DNA of 64,000 nucleotides, taken from Marsupella aquatica (lineage: Eukaryota; Plantae; Marchantiophyta). Below, in pieces: positions 25,164 through 34,425 of the stretch. The first letter of the stretch is position 1. Each line of letters begins with the position of its first letter. The DNA is taken from the NCBI GenBank assembly GCA_973895155.1, contig OZ316896.1:14356684-14420683 (forward strand), given 5' to 3'. Below the pieces are notes generated by a model. That model ran no database searches, had not been told where the DNA came from, and saw nothing but the letters and a program-made list of their open reading frames with translations. Position numbers and translations under genes: made by a program.

Positions 25164-28100
25164 ATGTCAGGGGCGGAGTTGGCTGTTGTCTTGCCTGTCT
25201 TGTCGACCGTCTTCAAAGCTGCGGGGCAGTTGGTTATGTCATTGCGGGAGGTGCGCGCCATAAAAAAGCACAACGTCGTCATTGCACAAGAAATCGAGCA
25301 CTTTATAAAGTCCTTGAATGAAAACATTGATCTGCTGAAGAAGCAGCGACCCAACAAGCAATCATGGGCGCTCGTTTTCTGCACTCACTCACATTGTCTT
25401 ATGCTTTGGGCAAATCAAATTGAAAGTGGCACAGTAAGTTTCAGACTGATGCAGGAGCCAGCTGCACTGTTAAGTTGCGATTCCCTTTTATTAACGTAAT
25501 GGGGCACTGACACTGTTGCGAGGATCCAACTTCATTGTTGCAAAGTTTCTTGCTACCTCTATATGGTAAGCTAACCCACCTCAACTTGGCATTGGTGGGT
25601 TTGCACGGGGCTTGGTAATCAGAATCATTGGAAACGGATTTGAATGGGGTCACCTGTTACTTGGAGGACAACTTGAAGAACGGGAGATTCCGTCGATTTT
25701 GGGATGCAAAGCAGATCAAGGACGAGCTAGAGAGGCTTCGACAAGATCTAATCAACAAGTTCCAAGTGAAGCTATTTGTCACTAACCTCGAGGTTCGTAT
25801 CTTTGGATACCTGGCAGACGACTCCTACTGATTTTTTCGTTAAGACCAATGAAAGCTTGCGGTGGACATAACTCAAAAGTTAGTAGGAGCATTAAGTCGG
25901 ATATAAATTCGAATTCCTTATATAGTTTGATGTGTGTAGATTGAATTTCCAGATGTGGCATCCGTCTAATAAATGGGCTGAACTCGTGCTGAGTTTGGAC
26001 AGGTTACCATCGATGCGGATAAGAAAATGGACGACTTTGGATTCAGGATGATGGAACTCTCATCGAACATGGCAAATAGTCGTACAGACACTGTTGAAAT
26101 CCGGAAGCTACTGGAACCGCTTGTCGTGGGAATGAAGAGGCAAGACGATAGGATTCAGTCCTTGGTTTCGATCGTCGTACAAAACGAAGCGAAAGTTGAA
26201 ACTTCATCAGACACGCAGAAATTTTTAGCAGATGTGAGAACTCCACAGCTCTGCCCAAGATTTGTGTCCGTTCGTTCCTATTGGCATGGCATCGAACAAA
26301 AGTGCCGGTTGGATGTCTAGCTTCTTACAGGTCTACATGTCTAGCTTCTTCGTGAGGTGTTGTCCGAGTTTCGCGCTGCTCAGCTTTCGACTAGGTTTTG
26401 GGCCCATTAAAGAGACCGTCAGACGATTACAAAACATTCTAGGCACTTGCGCATTTTTCCATCTAGTGAAAACCATAATTATTGATTTGGCTTTAGAGTA
26501 CCAACTCCACTCGACGAGCCATGCATGGTGAGTAGCTGCCTTAGTCTTGCTTCTAAATTGTTACACGGCCATTTGGTCGTCATTGTAGAGAGTCCTGACC
26601 TGGCTCATGTGTTTTGTTTTGGGTTGTATGAATGCAGGTGTTGGCGAGCTTACAAGATCTGGCTGCGGACGAAGGATCTTCGAGATCATCTTCTTCGAGA
26701 TCAACACCAGCAGAAGATGACTACGATGACTACCTCGATCCCATCACCGCCGAGCTGATGATTGATCCTGTCAAATGTGTTGATGGAGAAACTTACGACA
26801 GGCTCACGGTTTTGAAGAATAATCTGACTCAGCAAAAGCAATTGGTTATTTCGTGTGACGATGAATCTGTGCGGAGGCGCCTGTTCAAAAAGTTTCCGGA
26901 CGTAGAAAGACTGTTTTACAGACAGCGCAAGTCCTACCGGGATGAAGCCCTCGAATTAGCCGACACAGGCCATAGCGCCGAAGCATTGACAATGCTGAAA
27001 AATGTGTTGATGTGGGCCCCAGCTGACAAGGAGTGCCGCCAAAGGAGAGACGAACTGCAGCTTGTGCTTGATGCTGAAGAGAAGATGGTTCTGCATATGT
27101 CCAAGCTGGAGGAAACCAAACTGGAGAAACAGACGGTTGATATGTCCAAGATGGAGCAAAAGACAGTTTTGGACAGCAACCTGTTTCAGGTTGCCGATAG
27201 CAACCTGTTTCGGGTTGTGAGTAACATCCTGGAGAACAAGAAGGTTGTGAATCCATTAAATATTAATCCTTGCTTATTTTCAAATCCTTCCTAACCAAGA
27301 GATAGTTAAATAATTTTAGCGTCAAACTCTTATGTATATTTGGAAACTCATAGTTGACCAATGTTAGAAGTTTCCACTTCGGGAAACAAGAGGACAGATA
27401 TCCACAAGTAATTGGTTGTGTTTCAATTTTCATTAGTCCTGTTGGATTCCAATGAATCGTTTGCATGTGTTCTAGAAGAAATTAGCTCGAACAGCTGCAA
27501 GTGTAGGGGGTCAGAATGCTCTGAAAGTGGTTTCTCGACTTTGTTCAGGGTAGGACTATACCTCAGAATTCAAGAGCAAGCATTTCGAGGAACGTCTGCC
27601 ATACGAATGTAACTAGTTACGAGGGGGGAGGGGGAGAGACCCAGCAGCTTCTAGGCCTCTATGACTGGAGAAGGGCGGAACCTCAACCCGATGAGGAGGA
27701 GGTTCCCACACATTTGAACAAAAGAACATGCGGGCACTTTCTGGTCACATCCACAGACAAGTTGTCTGCCAAATATACAGAAATTGTACGGGATCATAAT
27801 GACGTCGGCGCAATTCAGGGGAACCGGCCTGTCCCTGACCAAGGGCTTCTGTACTACTTCGAGATCTCGCTGAAAGATCGAGGTGAGAAGGGATATATTG
27901 CCATTGGGTTCACCGATGAGAACTTCAACGTGAGTCGGCAGCCAGGATGGGAGCCGAACAGTTATGGATACCACGGGGATGATGGAATGCTCTACCACGG
28001 GGCGGGTAGGGGGGAGAAATTTGGTCCTACTTTCACCACAGGCGACACTGTTGGTGCCGGCATCAACTATGCTGCGCAGGAGTTGTTTTTCACGAAGAAC

Positions 28101-29486
28101 GGCAAGCTAGTTGGCACAACATTCAACGACATGAAGGGGCCAGTATATCCCACTGTGGGTATGCACAGTCGGAACGAAGAGGTGGAGGTGAATTTTGGCC
28201 AGAAGCCCTTCACATTTGATGTGGCTGGTCTAGTTCAGGAGGAGCAGGAACGTATCCAGAGCTCTATGTTACGATTCAACGACGAACTCAAATTCAAGAA
28301 GCAAAAAGTTCCCACACATTTCAACACCAGCACATGCAGGCCCTTTGTGGTCACATCCACAGACAAGTTGTCTGCCAAATATACAAAAATTATACGGGAT
28401 CATGTCAAAGACGTAGGCGCAATTCAGGGGAACCTGCCTGTCCCTGACCAAGGGCTTCTGTACTACTTCGAGATCTCGCTGAAAGATCGAGGTGAGAAGG
28501 GATATATAGCCATTGGATTCACCGATGAGAACTTCAACATGTGTCGGCAGCCAGGATGGGAGCCGAACAGTTATGGATACCACGGAGATGATGGAATGCT
28601 CTACCACGGGGCAGGTATTAGGGACAAATTTGGTCCTACTTTCACCACAGGCGACACTGTAGGTGCTGGCATCAACTATGCTGCGCAGGAGTTGTTTTTC
28701 ACGAAGAATGGCAAGCTAGTGGGCACCACATTGAACGATACGAAGGGGCCATTGTATCCCACTGTGGGTATGCACAGTCAAAACGAAGAGGTAGAGGTGA
28801 ATTTTGGCCAGAAGCCCTTCATATTTGATGTGGCTGGTTTAATCCAGGAGGAGCAGGAACGTATCCATAGCTCTATGTTACGAATCAACAACGATCTTGA
28901 ACTCAAGAAGCAAAAAGTTCCCACACATTTCCACACAAGAACATGCGGGCACTTTCTGATCACATCCACAGACAAGTTGTCTGCCAAATATACAGAAATT
29001 GTACAGGATCATGACGTCGGCGCAATTCAGGGGAACCTGCCTGTCCCTGACCAAGGGCTTCTGTACTACTTCGAGATCTCGCTGAAAGATCGAGGTGAGA
29101 AGGGATCTATAGCCATTGGATTCACCGATGAGAACTTCAACATGTGTCGGCAGCCAGGATGGGAGCCGAACAGTTATGGATACCACGGAGATGATGGAAT
29201 GCTCTACCACGGGGCAGGTATTAGGGACAAATTTGGTCCTACTTTCACCACAGGCGACACTGTTGGTGCTGGCATCAATTATGCTGCGCATGAGTTGTTT
29301 TTCACGAAGAATGGCAAGCTAGTCGGCACAACATTCAACGACACAAAGGGGCCATTATATCCCACTGTGGGTATGCACAGTCGAAACGAAGAGGTGGAGG
29401 TGAATTTTGGCCAGAAGCCCTTCATGTTTGAGGTGGATGCTCTCATTCAGGGCCTCCAGAGGCCATTGGAAAGTGATCATGATTGA
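25164..29486 (+). CDS. Chimeric protein of about 1040 aa: MLKL/UND-like four-helix bundle, coiled coil, degenerate U-box, TPR-like hairpin, 3x SPRY (RanBPM-derived). Exons 25164-about 25370/25433 (junction unresolved), 25623-25792, 26003-26233, 26638-27216 (or 27243), 27549-29486
   Basis: Junctions GAG|gttcgt..gacag|GTT, GAT|gtgaga..tgcag|GTG and GTT|gtgagt..ttcag|GGT are all phase 0. The 55 codons from 27549 are open and in frame with the 590-aa triple-SPRY ORF. U-box-like DYLDPITAELMIDPVKCVDGETYDR; SPRY QPGWEPNSYGYHGDDG occurs three times. Confidence 0.8.
27702..29450 (+). repeat. Intragenic tandem triplication of the SPRY module (units start at 27702, 28308, 28917; periods 606 and 609 bp)
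   Basis: gttcccacacattt (VPTH) begins each unit. The units are near-identical with in-frame indels only. Confidence 0.97.
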
Positions 29487-30895
29487 AAGTACAATTTCCC
29501 GTGAAAACCCAAAAAGCGAGATCTCGAAGGAAGAAGGCGTGGACATGAACCAGCAAACATAATTACATCTCTGTATGTATCTACACTCCAATTCGAGATC
29601 AAACTACTTCGTCGACCCCGTAGCAATTTTTTTGTATAGGGTTCATTTGATTGAGCTACGTCTACCGAAATGGAAAGCCTTGGGCACGAAAGGGTTATGT
29701 CAAACAACCAACGGACAGACACCTCATGAGTCTAATAACAAATCTTATAAACGAGACTAAAGGTGTCGTTCTCTCAGGTCGAGTAATTTCTGAAGCTGAT
29801 CTTCTTACTACTATAACAAGAGTCGCACCAAAAATGGTGGATAGCCCAGTTTACAAACTCACTTTTGGAGGGAACATTCTCTCACCATTGGATTTATGCT
29901 AACATTCTCTGACCATTGTATTTATATTTTCTTTTATCTAGGCCTTTCATTATTCAAAAAACAATCTCCCCTAAACCAAAGGAGACAAAACAAAATATTT
30001 TGGTATGGCACAAAGATTCTCTAGGGAGATATGGGATACTATTCCATGTGAGTACCATGTGTTGTCTTTGGAATAGGGGCACTTGGGACACCATTGTGAT
30101 TTTCTTCCCACCCTCGACGGCTTTTCTCTCCTCAAGATCTTTTCTCACCCGGCTCACGGTGCCTCACTTGCCATTATTGAAACTGTATAAGTACTCTGGG
30201 TGACCCGTAGTACTCACTTCCAAAATGCTAATGTCGCATCTGTAGACGCGCGCCCTTTTGCAGCCCTCCGATTGGGAGCTCAATTATTTTTGTCCGTTCA
30301 TCAAATGAGTCGATCTATGGTTCAAAATTCAAATCTTTTTGAGATCTACGTCTCAGAAAAACCAGATTATTGGATGATGAAAATGAGGGAGAAAATTGAT
30401 AAAAACAGTCCAAACAATCTCATTGTTGGAGACCAAAAATTTGAATGTTCAATTTTTGGGCAGGTCGGGCAGCGACAAGTATTCCAATGGACTTCCCGTT
30501 GAGAAGTTATTGTCGTCCGTTTGGCGTTTCCCTTTAGTATTGCAACCATCGCGGCTCACGCCTTGGGCTCACCCTTGGCCCCCACGGAGACAACACTCCC
30601 CTCATGTAGGCTTCTGGAGACCTGTCACCCCCGGACCAACTTTGGTACTCTATATTTTGCCCTCAACTTGGATTCCAACCCGATCGCATGGGCATGCAAC
30701 TAACTTGCTATGCCCATAACTTTCTAGTTACATGTCCGTCAACGAAGTGCCTTAGCCCGTTGTGATTGGGCCGACACGGTGCTCATCCCCGGGCACTCAG
30801 ATCCCGTTGCCAATCACGGGTCCCTAACGGCTCCACATGTGCCACACCGTATCTCATGCACCAAACATCCGATGCGCATGAAGTAAACTTCTTTG

Positions 30896-31210
30896 GCCTT
30901 GGGCCCAAGAGGACCTCTCACTCAAGCCCTCGCACAGAACTCAAAGTCCGTTCGAGGGTCCAAACAGTCCACCATGAGCTTGGCCCTTTCCATGACCTGA
31001 CCAACTCCCATAGCTAGGCTAAGTCCTTTGTGCACGTCACCAGCACCTTTGTTAATTAGTTCAACGCTTCATTGCCCACTAGTCTCCCTTGAGTGAGAGG
31101 TCCTCTTGGGCCCAAGGCAGGAACGACCATCCGGTGGAGGCCTGGACCATAGAGGAGCTCGGCATTGGAGTCAGCGACGCCGGAGCTAAGTGTTAGGGTA
31201 GTCAAGTTTT
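30896..31210. repeat. Dispersed repeat containing a perfect 31-bp inverted repeat (30896-30926 / 31088-31118); related copy at about 62835-63142
   Basis: gccttgggcccaagaggacctctcactcaag and cttgagtgagaggtcctcttgggcccaaggc are exact reverse complements. Shared ggaccatagaggagctc and aagtgtta.ggtagtc.agt with the 63 kb copy. Confidence 0.85.
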
Positions 31211-33029
31211 GTGACTCAATGGGACACTTTCCATACTAAGTGCAAATCGTCTTGATTTTCCTTTCCTATTTCTGATTGTTTGCATGTGAATCTACTTTTG
31301 CGTGGAACTTGTGAACAATTGGATCAACATACTGTTCATACTAGCCAAACAAATGATAGACCTTGGCATGGCTACTCAATGGCACACAGACAGGCACAAT
31401 TCTATTGAATTGGATGTCAAAATCCCTTGCACTGCATTGGGCACTTCCCCGGGCACTTCAATATCTCATTGTCTCTCGAGACAACACGGCCCCCTAGCTA
31501 TTCATCTTGATCCTAGATTGTCAATTCCAATGCTAACAGGAGGAGATAGCTTTGTGCTTTAAACTTTCTGGCCAGGTAGGTACTGCAATGTCATTGCTAC
31601 ATTACTTTTCCATCTTTCTCCGCTTCAACTCACAAAAATAGGCCTGGGTGCCTCTATAAATCAATCCTGAAAGCAAGAAACAACGGTTCTCTTCTCAATA
31701 TTGAAGAGATTACTTATTAAATCAGTACTAGTTTAGAAAACATTCCCCTGTGGCCCTGTTGTTATGGTTTCAACGTACACTTGACTTTGTTGGCCTACTA
31801 TATAATTATTCATTCAACAAGTTTACACTCCTGTTTGTCATTGACATTATGAACATAAATGATCCAGACAGACAGTTCCAAAAAGTTCTCCTGGCGCTGT
31901 CATTTCAGAAATTCCAAGCAAGACCTTGCATTTTTTAAACCACCCTAAAAGCTCAGCGAGATTGATAATCACAAAAGTAGAACTGGGTTGAATTCTTGTC
32001 TTCCAAAATCTAAGAGAGCTTGCTCTTCACTGCCGTCACTTAGAGATGTAAGGAGCTATTTACTCCCATTTTCTTGGGAGATGTCACTTAGAGATGTTTG
32101 AGCATACTGTTCACTACAGCTGAAAAGAGGTGTTTGAACAGTATGCTCAAAGCGCAATTTGCATCTTGATCGTAACCCGTCTGACACCTTCCAGTGGCTG
32201 CCTCTTCCGTTGTTGTAGAATCCGTGGTTAAGGAAGCGCCAAAGAAAGAACCTGACCTTTGGTATGCTCCATCCTCCTCATATTTTCTTCCTTCTGCTGA
32301 GCCAACCATCGGATTTGCTAAGCTGGCCCCGGCGTCTGTTGAGCTTGGTGACGTCTTGCATCATGGGAAGAGAGCAGTTTACCCAAGTGTGGAGTGTGCA
32401 GTAAGTGAGCAATGACTGTATAGTGCAGGCTAGGGCCATCTTCCCAAGGCCGCTTGCATTCATACAAATAATGCCAACTATACAACACCGTCAGAAGTAA
32501 ACCTTGGCTAAAGTAAATACAAGTGAAGTGACACAAATTGTTGAGGTACACTAAAAATGACCCAGAATTTGTTTTAAACAACATTGTTTGCCCTACAGTG
32601 ACCATGGATATTTGGTCACTTTTCGAGTTAACAAAGAGCTCTCTAGTTACGCGAATCAACTCCCTCGATCAGACAGGAAGTTTTCTTGTTTGGAAATCTT
32701 GGTGACTTAGGGTGAAGCACCTCCAAGAGGCCCTCTTGCAGTTGAATCCATATTCTAAACGTGAATTGAACTTGAGTTTGTATGTTAACTCACCTGAATT
32801 TGAGTGAATATGAGGATTGAGTCACCCGGGATTGTCCACTTGCCAGAAGCTCAGTTGTCAACTGGACAGCCCTTTCCCCTCTATTTAAATGCAAGACTCC
32901 ATAAGTGCAAATCCTGGACAAGTCAAGGTGTCCTGTTCTTCACTTTTACTTTGCATGGAGTTTGCACCCTCTTAAAGTGCAAGAGGGCCTGGAATATTTT
33001 TGCTAACAATGACTACATAAGTGCAAAGC

Positions 33030-34425
33030 CCTCAATAAGTGTACATTTGCATTTATTGATAAGTGCATGCCCTTTTTTAGTAGAGTAAAAAATACACCTA
33101 TAGCGTAGGACACCAAATTCACGGCAGGGTGTCAGGGAGTGTGATACACGTCACAAGACTGCTCAATCAAACAAAGTGACGTAAATCATGCCCACTCTCC
33201 AACAAGTGCAAATTTTTGGGGTTTGCACTTATCAAGTAGTCAAAACCTGCTCTCTCCTCTCTTCCGCGCTATGGTGTTGTGCTTTCTTCTCGTCTCTTGG
33301 TGTTCACGTTTGGCGAAGAAGGAGTTTTCCCGATTCTAGTTTGTGCGTGATTTTTGCCGATGAGAGCGTTTCTGCCTTCGTCGGTAGATCTCCTGGTCTC
33401 TTGGTGTTCACGTTTGGCGAAGAAGGAGTTCTCCCGATTCTAGTTTGTGCGTGATTTTTGCCGATGAGAGCGTTTCTGCCTTCGTCGGTAGATCTCCTGG
33501 TTTTGTAGTCCTTTCGACCTTTCGCCGCAGCGGATTAGAAGGTCTGAGATATCGTTGTCCCTCGGTGGCTCCACGACTGTTCTCCGGATTCTGTGTATTT
33601 ATTTTCTGGTGGTGCATCTCCTCTGTTCGCTTTGCGTCTCCAGTCTCGTCCGCTCAGGTTTCTTTCTCTTCCCTTCTTTTTCTTCCTACTTCTTCCTTCC
33701 TTCCTTCGGCTCTTGTTGTCCACGTTTCTCCGTTGGGAAGTCGACCTACGGATTCTGTGTTGGCCGAGTTAATGTGCGAATTGAGACAGAAAGGATGGCC
33801 GATGATGTGATGCGGTAGCGAGACGCAGGCCAGGGCAGGATAGATAGGGTGGGTAGGACAGAAATGGATAGGATAGGACAGGACAGGACAGCAGAGGAGA
33901 GGAAAACTGTAGGCCCGTGTGCTGTTCCATTCCATGCTACCACAATTTGCGCTGCTTTTCAGAGAAGAAAAGAACCTGCCTGGTGAGTGCCTGTAACATG
34001 ACTGGTGGTGGGCTAGGGTATTTGTCGACTATACTTGTCGTGGCCAAGGACGCCTGCTGCGGGTTCCAATTTGACTCCAATTTCGAGAAGCAAGCTTGGT
34101 GCTTGCACCGATATAGCAGAAATTATTAGGGTGCTGTCGATATGTTCAACTCTAACCCAGACCGTTCTACCTTTGTCTAGAATACCTCACTGAGTGATTT
34201 TGAAAATTTGATGTACTAGCAGCGCAACCCTTTTCGTTTCGGTGATCTCGCACGGTGGTTACGCTGTTGAGCACAGGTGCTGGAAACCGTAAAAAACCCG
34301 GCGTTCTCGGGCCGCTTTGCTCCCATCCGTAGAGCTCGAGATCATGATCTAGGGGATTATTGATTCGGCGGGCGCGGCTTGACAACCTCAGCCTCCTACA
34401 GTAGCTGTTTGGCATTTGCAATAAC
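33030..34425 (+). promoter_or_regulatory. Duplicated RanBPM upstream region / 5' leader (paralogous to about 48360-49815), with an internal 104-bp tandem duplication at 33293-33500
   Basis: Colinear similarity: gtacatttgca..., cttccgcgctatggtg, gatgatgtgatgcggtagcgagacgcagg, (gacag)n tract, ggcatttgcaataacATG. Confidence 0.85.

Noticed and set aside
27651-29291. Repeated minus-strand ORFs MVEHSII... (similar ones at 34495 and 49999)
   Set aside because: Antisense shadows of the SPRY coding sequence.
27714-29486. Stand-alone 590-aa triple-SPRY gene
   Set aside because: The listed start is a TTG inside VPTHL. The frame stays open upstream to a good acceptor at 27548, so it is better read as the last exon of the chimera.
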